Positions 25,107 to 32,000 of a stretch of 32,000 nt of DNA are shown here, piece after piece. Every line of letters begins with the position of its first letter. Position 1 is the first letter of the stretch. The notes beneath the pieces were generated by a model that did not search any database, had not been told where the DNA came from, and saw nothing but the letters and a program-made list of their open reading frames with translations. A program made the translations under genes and the position numbers. This DNA comes from Shewanella sp. GD04112 (GTDB lineage Bacteria; Pseudomonadota; Gammaproteobacteria; Enterobacterales; Shewanellaceae), in NCBI RefSeq assembly GCF_029835735.1, contig NZ_JAOEAL010000001.1, positions 2,470,530 to 2,502,529 of the forward strand, written 5' to 3'.

Positions 25107-26018
25107 TTAGAAAATGGAAATTTATCTCCTCAAGATGCTGAGAAGCAATTAAGCGACATCTTAGTTCCGTTATTAAATGAAGATGGGTATAACATTGTTC
25201 AGACTCCTTTTCGCGGTGACATTGGAGTAGATTTTATTGCTGAGAAGCAACTTTCCACTAACCTAGAGCAAGTGGGAATCGAATATAAGCACTATAAATC
25301 TGCTGTAGGTGTCGATGCTGTTCGCCGGTTACTGGGAACAACATTTACTCACAACTTTGACCGTTTAATTTTAGTAACCAAATCTCGTTTTACTAAAGCT
25401 GCCCTTGAGCTTGCGAATTCGGCTTTACCAGTCAAGCTTGAACTAATTGACTTAGATGCTCTAAGAGCGTGGGTGCAGAGAGCAGAAAAAACTGAAGACT
25501 ATGACTTCGAACTAGTAAATATTATTCGTTCCAATATTAGCGAGCGGTTAGCAGTGCTAATAGCTAAAAATCCGCGATATCTAATGGATATTGAATGGAG
25601 AGAGCTTGAGTATGTTATTCAAACCGTTTTTGAAGAGCTAGGGTTCAGCGCAGAACTTACCCCAGGAAGCAAAGATGGCGGTAAAGATTTAGTGCTTACC
25701 TGTAGGATTTCTGGGCAAGATCATACATATTACGTAGAGCTGAAGCACTGGAGATCCCAACAAAAAGTAGGTGGACAAGCTGCTAGAGGTTTCCTGAAAG
25801 TGATTGTTAATGAAGAAGTGAATGGTGGGTTATTTCTTTCTTCATATGGTTATTGTGAGAATGCGTTTGAAATGTTGACTGAAATTGACAGAAAACATTT
25901 AAAGTTCGGCGATCAGAAAAAAATCGTTACATTATGTACACAATACGTTAAGTCTAAATCTGGTATTTGGTCTCCTACTAGCGGTTTATCGGAAGTATTG
26001 TTTGAACAAACTATATAA
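25107..26018 (+). pseudogene. Tandem Mrr-like (PD-(D/E)xK restriction-endonuclease fold) domain protein with no credible start for domain 1
   Basis: Domain 1: GYNIVQTPFRGDIGVDFIAEK...VGIEYKHYKS..VGVDAVRRLLG...LILVTKSRFTKAA. Domain 2: LGFSAELTPGSKDGGKDLVLT...YYVELKHWRS..VGGQAARGFL..GGLFLSSYGY. The frame is open from 25107, immediately after TAG 25104-25106. The first in-frame start (GTG 25272) falls inside the E-x-K motif of domain 1. Confidence 0.5.
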
Positions 26019-26046
26019 ATTCGCCTAACAAGGCGCTCAAGAATGA

Positions 26047-26069
26047 CAAAAAACGCTTGGCGTTTTTTG
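26047..26069. terminator. Bidirectional terminator-like palindrome (A6-stem-loop-T6)
   Basis: caaaaaacgc ttg gcgttttttg, 29 nt after the Mrr-like stop codon. The GC core of the stem is short. Confidence 0.4.
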
Positions 26070-26277
26070 CATCTTAGCTTTGCGTTAACCCATAGAAATT
26101 TTTATCCGAAAATGTCGAGTTAGAGTTAAGGCTTTAACTCGGAATTGTCCAATTACTTGATAGAGCATTTAATACAAATGAAAGAATAGGGCGGAATAAA
26201 AGTAGTCACAAAATTAGTGTTTTAAGATGCTTATTACATTGACAAATGCCATACATTTTTTACAAGGAAGCATCTTC

Positions 26278-26748
26278 ATGATATCAGTAACTTTTCACGA
26301 AAACTCGAGGCGTACACGTCAATTCAAGTCTGAAAATGGAGCTTTGAAGGCCGTATGGAAATGGCTTAAAGCAACAGAAGACGATAACGCCTATGCAGTG
26401 ATTATTGGTCCTATGTATTCTGAGCCAAGAGTCATCAAAGGCTGGCAAGAACTTCCATTCAGTGAACCTGAAAATTTAGACTTTTTGCAGACTAAGGAAT
26501 GGCGTCGACTGAGACAACAGGCCTTTGAGTTATATGGAAACTTTTGTGCCTGCTGTGGTAGAGGTCCAAAAGATGGCGTAGTGCTTCATGTAGATCATAA
26601 AAAACCTCGTTCGAAATATCCAAAACTTCAAGATGACATCAACAATCTTCAGATTCTTTGTGAAGAACACAACCAAATGAAATCCAATACATCTGAGCGC
26701 GATTGGGCTCAGTGGTGCCAAGCCAACTCTGTACGTGGCACTAAATAG
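26278..26748 (+). CDS. HNH endonuclease (small, stand-alone)
   Basis: Classical motif CACCGRGPKDGVVLHVDHKKPRSKYP....NLQILCEEHNQMKSN. The ATG at 26278 follows aaggaag; the track start at 26227 is less likely. Confidence 0.8.
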   Translation: MISVTFHENSRRTRQFKSENGALKAVWKWLKATEDDNAYAVIIGPMYSEPRVIKGWQELPFSEPENLDFLQTKEWRRLRQQAFELYGNFCACCGRGPKDGVVLHVDHKKPRSKYPKLQDDINNLQILCEEHNQMKSNTSERDWAQWCQANSVRGTK

Positions 26749-26834
26749 TCCAACACAAGGGTTAGTGAGGCACGGGCACGTGTCGAAGTATTCATAAATC
26801 AGAGCGACTGTTGTTATAAACACTCAGACACAAA

Positions 26835-26904
26835 ATTCTCACGTATTTCAGAATAGAGCACCTAAATCAGAATAGTGAGAACATTCTGATTCTCAGTGAG
26901 AATT
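26835..26904. repeat. Cluster of the same about 24-bp units as at 10436-10537, here in opposed orientations (mini-palindromic block)
   Basis: attctcacgtatttcagaatagagc (26835-26859, + orientation). atcagaatagtgagaac is a partial copy. cattctgattctcagtgagaat (26882-26903) is in inverted orientation and is part of IR-R. Confidence 0.8.
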
Positions 26905-26908
26905 GTCA
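26882..26908 (-). repeat. Right terminal inverted repeat (IR-R) of the accessory segment
   Basis: Its reverse complement, TGACAATTCTCACTGAGAATCAGAATG, matches 10431-10457 at 25/27. It ends ..CA at 26907-26908 and is followed by CGCA (26909-26912), the same tetranucleotide that precedes IR-L. Confidence 0.8.
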
Positions 26909-26944
26909 CGCATAGGGAATAGTGCTTTCCATATTTACTCACAT

Positions 26945-27178
26945 TCAATTTAACATAATATACATTGTGCGCATCCTTTTTTTTGAGGAATGTTCACACA
27001 GCCTTTTTGAGTCGGCCAGTATTAAGAGAACGTGCCATATAGGGAACATGATCACGATTGAGACATAGAACTCAGCCATAGATTTAAACTCAATTTCAGA
27101 TTCAATAGGAACCCAAAGAGTAACTTTAGTTAGACCAGAGGCGCGCTTCTTAGCTTCATACTTAGAGTTGCGACTCAT
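26945..27178 (-). CDS. Small ORF with a ribbon-helix-helix-like N-terminus whose 3' end reads through dif
   Basis: MSRNSKYEAKKRASGLTKVTLWVPIESEIEFKSMAEF resembles RHH/DUF3018-type small regulators. The last about 10 codons (..KKRMRTMYIMLN) are encoded by the dif sequence itself. Confidence 0.4.
   Translation of the reverse strand: MSRNSKYEAKKRASGLTKVTLWVPIESEIEFKSMAEFYVSIVIMFPIWHVLLILADSKRLCEHSSKKRMRTMYIMLN
26948..26975 (-). other. dif: dif site (XerC/XerD chromosome-dimer resolution site), doubling as the prophage junction
   Basis: The plus strand reads ATTTAACATAA TATACA TTGTGCGCATC. The reverse complement of E. coli dif (GGTGCGCATAATGTATATTATGTTAAAT, from memory) is ATTTAACATAATATACATTATGCGCACC, giving 26/28 identity. 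Confidence 0.8.
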
Positions 27179-27348
27179 GGCGTCACCAGTGACGGGGCAT
27201 TCTTAGCACCTTCAACAGGTATCAACTCGCAAAAGGAATTAATAAAATCGAAATAAGTGTTATGAGTATAGATAACACCGAGAGCAAAACCTAAGAAAAC
27301 AAAAACAAGTAAAACAAAAACAACAAAAAGTATTTCTTGAATATCCAT
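27175..27348 (-). CDS. Small phage membrane protein (57 aa)
   Basis: One strongly hydrophobic helix (ILFVVFVLLVFVFLGFALGVIY). ATG 27348 follows ggag. It overlaps the next ORF start (ATGA-type). Confidence 0.35.
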   Translation of the reverse strand: MDIQEILFVVFVLLVFVFLGFALGVIYTHNTYFDFINSFCELIPVEGAKNAPSLVTP

Positions 27349-27368
27349 AAATATAATCTCCAATTATT

Positions 27369-27400
27369 GGGAGGGGGCGCTCCGCTTGCCTCCCCCTCCC
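27369..27400 (-). terminator. GC-rich hairpin immediately after the zot-like stop codon
   Basis: gggaggggg (27369-27377) pairs with ccccctccc (27392-27400) across a 14-nt loop. There is no clean U tract on the minus strand, so a terminator or attenuator role is tentative. Confidence 0.35.
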
Positions 27401-28740
27401 TACCTATTTGCAAGCGAGTATTCACGGTCAGATTGATTAGTTTCAGGTTTGACCTTAATCAAGGGCTGACAAGTGATAAAAGTAGTAAAGTCATTAAATT
27501 TAAGTCTGGCTAAACATTCAGTTATAGGTGAGACAACAAATCCAACCGAACTAGGTAAAAAAACCTCATCAGTAACGGGATTGTAAAAGGAATAATCATA
27601 ATGAACTAAGCCATTGGATTTTTTTACATACTGGGAACCTGAAATATAAACATCCTTTGTAGCATCAGAAACGAACTTAGTTAAAAGCTGTGTTTCAGCA
27701 TCATCAAGTAAAGATGATGATTTAGGCAAAAGAGAAACTTTTGACTTGGGCTCATTAGGGGATGCAGTCTCAGGCGTTTGGAGAACTGAGTCAGGGACAG
27801 CAGAGGTTTTATCAAAAAACAATGTATTGGCAAATGAGTAAACAGAAAAAACAACAACAAAAATAAGAATAATCAAAATATAAAATATCTTGGGCATCTT
27901 AAATTTATGGGTATGCAGTTCAGCACTAAAATAAGAGCCATAGAAATTCGTTGGCCTCTTAATTAATGACTTTTGGCAATTTTTGACATCGTGATAATCA
28001 TCAACATCAAAACTTTTTGAGTTCTGATAACGAGCGACACGGTTAGAGTTAAACGCATTATGATAGTGAACATGGCGATTGACTAAACGCCTTACGTTAC
28101 TATCTAAAAGCATTCTATCCTGTGTAATTAAATGTATATCGTAACCATCATGGCGGTGAGTCTCAAATTTTGAAATATGAGGTGGAACTGTAGAACCCAC
28201 AGGACGAGGCGGGAAAAATTGCTGACACTCATCAATTAGGATAATGCTCTGCTTTGGTAGATTGAACCAATCCTTAGGGTTAGCAAAATGAGTAAAATGT
28301 AAATTCAAGTGCTCAAGGTGTGAGAACTCAACCTTATCGTAAGGCATATTGCTTAGGAACTCATCAAGCAGAGCCGTCTGCTTTGATGAATAAAGTTTTT
28401 TAACCCAAAACAGCCAAGTGTCTAGATGGTTGGCCGTATTGTAATAAGGCTCAAGCCAAGGAACGTCAGACAGTTGAATCAAATCACCGTTATCGTGAAC
28501 CCGTTTGATAATTTTACGAATGCGCTTTAGTGCCTGTTTGTTCTTCAAACGGTACATATAAAGACCGTAGAACCAGCCAGAAAAACTAGAGGCAACCTCA
28601 AAATCAAGCATCAACAACTTGATGTTATTATAAAAAATTGGCCTAGTGCCATTATTAGCGCCAACAAGATAAGCAATGGTATTCAGCGATTTAGACGCGC
28701 CCGGCTTCCCTGTAACTAACTCTAACATTATGCGCTCCAA
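27400..28740 (-). CDS. Zot/pI-like phage assembly ATPase
   Basis: N-terminal P-loop ELVTGKPGASKS, a Walker-B-like IILIDECQQFF, a single central TM helix (IFYILIILIFVVVFSVYSF), then a periplasmic C-terminal domain. This is the architecture of filamentous-phage gene I/Zot proteins. Confidence 0.8.
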   Translation of the reverse strand: MERIMLELVTGKPGASKSLNTIAYLVGANNGTRPIFYNNIKLLMLDFEVASSFSGWFYGLYMYRLKNKQALKRIRKIIKRVHDNGDLIQLSDVPWLEPYYNTANHLDTWLFWVKKLYSSKQTALLDEFLSNMPYDKVEFSHLEHLNLHFTHFANPKDWFNLPKQSIILIDECQQFFPPRPVGSTVPPHISKFETHRHDGYDIHLITQDRMLLDSNVRRLVNRHVHYHNAFNSNRVARYQNSKSFDVDDYHDVKNCQKSLIKRPTNFYGSYFSAELHTHKFKMPKIFYILIILIFVVVFSVYSFANTLFFDKTSAVPDSVLQTPETASPNEPKSKVSLLPKSSSLLDDAETQLLTKFVSDATKDVYISGSQYVKKSNGLVHYDYSFYNPVTDEVFLPSSVGFVVSPITECLARLKFNDFTTFITCQPLIKVKPETNQSDREYSLANR

Positions 28741-29078
28741 TCAACAGGTGATTTGTCGCCCGGCTTACGCCAAACAAGCTGCCTAGAGTAGCCGCTTTTG
28801 GAGACTCCTTTTAATACCATAAGCGCAACGCCGCTAGACATTGCAATATTTAAAGCCGTATCAATCCCAAGTAGGTGAATAAAAGTGGCTATATGAGGAA
28901 ATATAATTGAAGATGCAGAAGCATTTAAACGGTTAATTATTTCGTCAAAAATAAAACCTACTCCCGCATAAGTAACTGTACCAAAGCCAATAGCAACACC
29001 AATACGAGCAACAGAAGCGGTAATAAATTGACCAAGGAAAGGAAAAATAGAAGCAAGTAATAAAGGTATGAATTGCAT
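28728..29078 (-). CDS. pVI-like minor coat/membrane protein
   Basis: 116-aa polytopic hydrophobic protein located between the pIII-like and Zot-like genes, with overlapping stop/start. Assignment is positional only. Confidence 0.5.
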   Translation of the reverse strand: MQFIPLLLASIFPFLGQFITASVARIGVAIGFGTVTYAGVGFIFDEIINRLNASASSIIFPHIATFIHLLGIDTALNIAMSSGVALMVLKGVSKSGYSRQLVWRKPGDKSPVDWSA

Positions 29079-29087
29079 ATTTACCCC

Positions 29088-30659
29088 TTAGTGATATTTG
29101 ACAATCATTAAACCAGAAGCAACAGAAGCAAACGCAATTAAGAAGAACTTAATAACAGTTGCCAAGTCACAGAATGGTGATAAGTCGATAGTAAAGGTGG
29201 TAATTTTGGCATCAACAACATAAGGAGGTGGACAGGTATCAGAACCACCAAAATTAACACCGTTAGAAGAATTGTAATGCTCAGTAAATTGTTTTATGTC
29301 TACAGTGCCAGCATCTAAATTTTTAATATCAGAATCTTCACTATTTATAAAATCAGTAAGTGAATTTGTGGCAGCATTAACAGATTCAGAGGCAGAAAGT
29401 TCATCGGCAATAGTTTTACAACGGGACTCCCACTCCTTACGAGCGATATAGCATTGTGGGCTATTGGTAGAGCATACAAAAGTTTCGCAACCGTTCTCAG
29501 TAATAGCATCAGGGTCAGAGCCAGAGCCATCGCCAATCTTTCCAATGGCATCGACAATACTTTGCTCGGATTTACCAATAGCGCCTTCAATATCACGCAT
29601 ACGAACAGCAATATCTGTAAGGTTACTGTTTGCATCTAAAAGCTGCTCGACAACATCGGAATTATCAGAAGATGCACCACCAACAGAGCCTTTAATATCG
29701 GACAGAGTACTATTTACTTTCATTAACTCATTATATTGAGCCATCATCATTTCTAGCTTCTGCATTTCGAGTTGTAAGTCACCACCACCACCTCCACCTC
29801 CACCTTGAGCAATACGGCCTAATAAATCAGTAATAGTATTTGAAAGAGTATTATTTATAGCAGGGATTGAGGCAGAATTATTATTTATATTAGAAGAATC
29901 GGAGCTAATTTGACCTAACTTGTCTGCCATATAACCCAAAACTTGCATATATTCACCAGTAGAAGATGAACCGCCGCCAGATTGGGCTTTAATAGAATCT
30001 CGAATTTCAGCTAGGATAACTTGATTCTGTGAAACCCATTGCGTTTGGTATTGAATATCCGAGCGAACGCCACTCACACCACTGGCAAGAGCATTGCCTA
30101 AACCATCGGTACGATTAATTAAATCAGTGAACTGGTTAAAGTTCTGCCATCTTAATTGGTCAATAGATGTTTTAGTGTAAGAGGATTGTCTCGCACCCTT
30201 TAAAAGTGCGTCATAAATAACGCCTAAATCCGTGTGAATATCCTTAAGTTCAGTTGTAAAAGTAGTTGGCACCCAAGGATAAGGCGATAAGTTATCAGAA
30301 CTAGGGTCGGGAAAATTTGGGTTAGGATTTAGGTCAGGGTCTGGATTAGTACCACCGCCTCCGTCTTGACAGTTGTTAACGTCAGTTTCAAAGTAAACCA
30401 TCCAAACAGTGCAAAATGGGTTTTGCGGGTCGCCAGTTGCACAAACTAAATTTGTGCCCTTCCATGAAAAATCGTTTGAATCACATTGGGTATGGAAAAA
30501 AGCATTAGCGTCAGACTCAGCAGTAGCGCCAGTAAAATCAAAGGAAATTTCAACGCCAGGAGTTGCAGGTGGGGAATAAGCGAACGCAGGAGAACTTAAA
30601 CAAGCTAAAAGAAGATACGCCGCACGCAATCTGTAAGAACGAGAAGGACTAAAAGCCAT
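29088..30659 (-). CDS. pIII-like adsorption/minor coat protein
   Basis: Signal peptide ..LLACLSSPAFA. Cys-containing N-terminal domain. Pro/Asn/Asp-rich linker (GGGTNPDPDLNPNPNFPDPS). A Gly8 run. C-terminal membrane anchor (FFLIAFASVASGLMIVKY). It sits directly after the major coat gene. Confidence 0.65.
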   Translation of the reverse strand: MAFSPSRSYRLRAAYLLLACLSSPAFAYSPPATPGVEISFDFTGATAESDANAFFHTQCDSNDFSWKGTNLVCATGDPQNPFCTVWMVYFETDVNNCQDGGGGTNPDPDLNPNPNFPDPSSDNLSPYPWVPTTFTTELKDIHTDLGVIYDALLKGARQSSYTKTSIDQLRWQNFNQFTDLINRTDGLGNALASGVSGVRSDIQYQTQWVSQNQVILAEIRDSIKAQSGGGSSSTGEYMQVLGYMADKLGQISSDSSNINNNSASIPAINNTLSNTITDLLGRIAQGGGGGGGGDLQLEMQKLEMMMAQYNELMKVNSTLSDIKGSVGGASSDNSDVVEQLLDANSNLTDIAVRMRDIEGAIGKSEQSIVDAIGKIGDGSGSDPDAITENGCETFVCSTNSPQCYIARKEWESRCKTIADELSASESVNAATNSLTDFINSEDSDIKNLDAGTVDIKQFTEHYNSSNGVNFGGSDTCPPPYVVDAKITTFTIDLSPFCDLATVIKFFLIAFASVASGLMIVKYH

Positions 30660-30729
30660 ATTAAATCCTGTAATGTGATAAGCATAAAACCCCTAAGGAG
30701 GGGCAAGCCCCTCACAGAGAAAACGACTA

Positions 30730-30933
30730 TTAGCCGAAGATTGCGCCTTTAGCCCATTTAAAAACGACCGCGATAGCAGCAAGGCCAAGCATGGCACCAC
30801 CGACAGCAGTTAACGCAGCAGAACCATCGGTAGTAATCGCTGTTGTAGCAGCAGTCACATCGATAGCAGCACTAGCAGAAGAAGCAGCAACGGCAGAACC
30901 TAAAGCCACAGCGGATACAAGGTACTTTTTCAT
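30730..30933 (-). CDS. Major coat protein (pVIII/Cep-like)
   Basis: 67 aa. Signal peptide MKKYLVSAVALGSAVAASSASA. The mature part of about 45 aa has an acidic/neutral N-terminus, a hydrophobic core and a basic C-terminus (..VVFKWAKGAIFG). Confidence 0.8.
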   Translation of the reverse strand: MKKYLVSAVALGSAVAASSASAAIDVTAATTAITTDGSAALTAVGGAMLGLAAIAVVFKWAKGAIFG

Positions 30934-30948
30934 AAATCACCTATTTAG

Positions 30949-31164
30949 TTAGAAGCCGATTTGACGGCGGACGAGTTTTATAACAAATGCAATTGCGTAG
31001 AGTCCCGCAATAGCACTAAACAAAGCAAAGACCTCGGGCTGAGTGATTTGATTATCAAGCTGTTTAGCTTCAACAAGTAGATAACCGTCACAAGGGTCAG
31101 CGGTAGATACCTGTAAAAGAGTACCGCTTAGGCCGTTGGGAACCTCAACAACACAGAGAGCCAT
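30949..31164 (-). CDS. Small hydrophobic phage protein (pVII/pIX-position minor coat candidate)
   Basis: 71 aa with a C-terminal TM helix (VFALFSAIAGLYAIAFVIKLV). Assignment is positional only. Confidence 0.4.
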   Translation of the reverse strand: MALCVVEVPNGLSGTLLQVSTADPCDGYLLVEAKQLDNQITQPEVFALFSAIAGLYAIAFVIKLVRRQIGF

Positions 31165-31176
31165 TGCTTTGAATCC

Positions 31177-31497
31177 TTACGCCTTGCGAACAGCAGTAGG
31201 CGCTTCAAAAAGATGGAAGCCGTTAATAGAAACGTGCTTGCCTTCAGCATTAGCAAAAGACAATTCTTTATATTCGATTGAAAGAGTAATCCGCTGGTCA
31301 ACGGAAGCCTTCAAAGTCTCAATAGTTTTATTATCTTTTACAAGAGCCTCTGAAACATGAACATCTAATATCTGTGAAGGTGAAGATGCTAAAAAACGGA
31401 AAACACCAACATCAACAGATTCACCAGTCTGGTAATTTTTGATTTTTGGTTTAATTTGAATATCAGTTAAATCGGGGATTCTGCCTTCAATTTTCAT
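31177..31497 (-). CDS. Candidate ssDNA-binding protein (gene V position)
   Basis: 106-aa soluble, beta-rich-looking ORF immediately downstream of the replication gene, with SD aaaggaaatacaaaATG. Assigned by size and position only. Confidence 0.45.
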   Translation of the reverse strand: MKIEGRIPDLTDIQIKPKIKNYQTGESVDVGVFRFLASSPSQILDVHVSEALVKDNKTIETLKASVDQRITLSIEYKELSFANAEGKHVSINGFHLFEAPTAVRKA

Positions 31498-31556
31498 TTT
31501 GTATTTCCTTTCAGTTAAAAAAATGGGTCGGGACAGTTATTGACACGAGTCCAAGG

Positions 31557-32000
31557 CTAATGTCGAAACACCATAGCGCTCGCTTCGCTCGCTGGTGTTT
31601 CATCATTAGCTAAAGCATCAAGCCATAAAGCTTGCATTTCTTCATACTCCTGCACATGGCGCTCATATTCGGCATAGTCCTGTTCGGCCATACGTTGATA
31701 TTCGCGCTCCATTTCGAGAATGTCGAAAATATCAACAACGCCAGACATGACTTGCTTACGGGCTGCTATGTACTCCTCTTTGTTGACAAGCTTCCAATTT
31801 TTGAAGCGGGTAGCCTTGAAAACGCCGTGAAAAAGAACGCCATTAACGCGAGCGTGAGCAGCATCGCCATAGCGGGTTTTTGCATGTTCTGGCGCATCAA
31901 AAAGTTTGGAGATAACCGCGGGAACGGCATAATGGGTTTTTACAGTTTGGTCGGCGCGGCGAACAAAAATACCGCCCATGGCCATGCAGAAAGCGCCCCA
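31557..32000 (-). CDS. Phage replication-initiation protein (gene II/RstA-like), C-terminal part only; 5' end lies outside the window
   Basis: The minus-strand frame is open from the window edge (..WGAFCMAMGGIFVRRADQ..) to the stop at 31557. It is the first gene of the phage module. Assignment is mostly positional. Confidence 0.45.
   Translation of the reverse strand, partial: WGAFCMAMGGIFVRRADQTVKTHYAVPAVISKLFDAPEHAKTRYGDAAHARVNGVLFHGVFKATRFKNWKLVNKEEYIAARKQVMSGVVDIFDILEMEREYQRMAEQDYAEYERHVQEYEEMQALWLDALANDETPASEASAMVFRH

Larger units (their letters stand above)
26976..32000 (-). mobile_element. Filamentous (Inoviridae) prophage integrated at dif; runs off the right edge
   Basis: Minus-strand gene order: replication protein, ssDNA-binding-size ORF, small hydrophobic ORF, major coat, pIII-like, pVI-like, Zot/pI-like ATPase, small ORFs, dif. 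No integrase or secretin is present in the visible part. Confidence 0.8.

Noticed and set aside
29345-29739. Plus- and minus-strand ORFs of 61-96 aa nested in the pIII-like gene
   Set aside because: They overlap a gene with a clear signal peptide, linker and anchor architecture, and are artefacts of the low-complexity repeat DNA.

Overview
The window looks like a gammaproteobacterial chromosome segment (Shewanella/Alteromonadales-like, judged only from how the proteins read) that runs into the replication terminus.

(1) 1-10.1 kb, core genes: the 3' part of a LamG/Ig-like repeat exoprotein, an EamA/DMT transporter pseudogene broken by a 17-bp tandem duplication plus a G-run frameshift, an SMP-30/gluconolactonase-family gene, and a complete Tat-dependent formate dehydrogenase-N type operon fdnG (Cys, not Sec)-fdnH-fdnI-fdhE.

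(2) About 10.43-26.91 kb, a visibly more AT-rich accessory segment. It is bracketed by 27-bp TG...CA inverted repeats (25/27 identical) flanked by a CGCA direct repeat. It contains:
- a truncated XRE-like ORF and an IS3 remnant;
- a WYL-domain regulator divergent from a translationally coupled four-gene operon. The first three products read as MukF-, MukE- and MukB-like proteins (443/260/1518 aa). The fourth is a JetD/MksG-type Toprim protein, so the operon is Wadjet/MksBEFG-class but unusually MukBEF-like;
- a 436-aa protein with two endonuclease-VII/HNH-like zinc modules;
- an IS-riddled stretch of gene fragments (a DUF3800-like 5' end, an IS3 fragment, an HD-domain 3' end, one apparently intact IS3-family element with an A AAA AAG slippery site);
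- a tandem Mrr-like nuclease ORF and a small HNH endonuclease.

(3) 26,948-26,975 is a 28-bp dif site (26/28 to the E. coli dif as I recall it). It is followed directly by a minus-strand filamentous (Inovirus, CTXphi/VGJphi-like order) prophage that runs off the right edge.

No rRNA, tRNA or CRISPR array was seen. The top candidate for something new is the WYL + MukFEB-like + JetD module together with its neighbouring EndoVII-like gene. All family assignments come from motif reading by eye; no searches were run.
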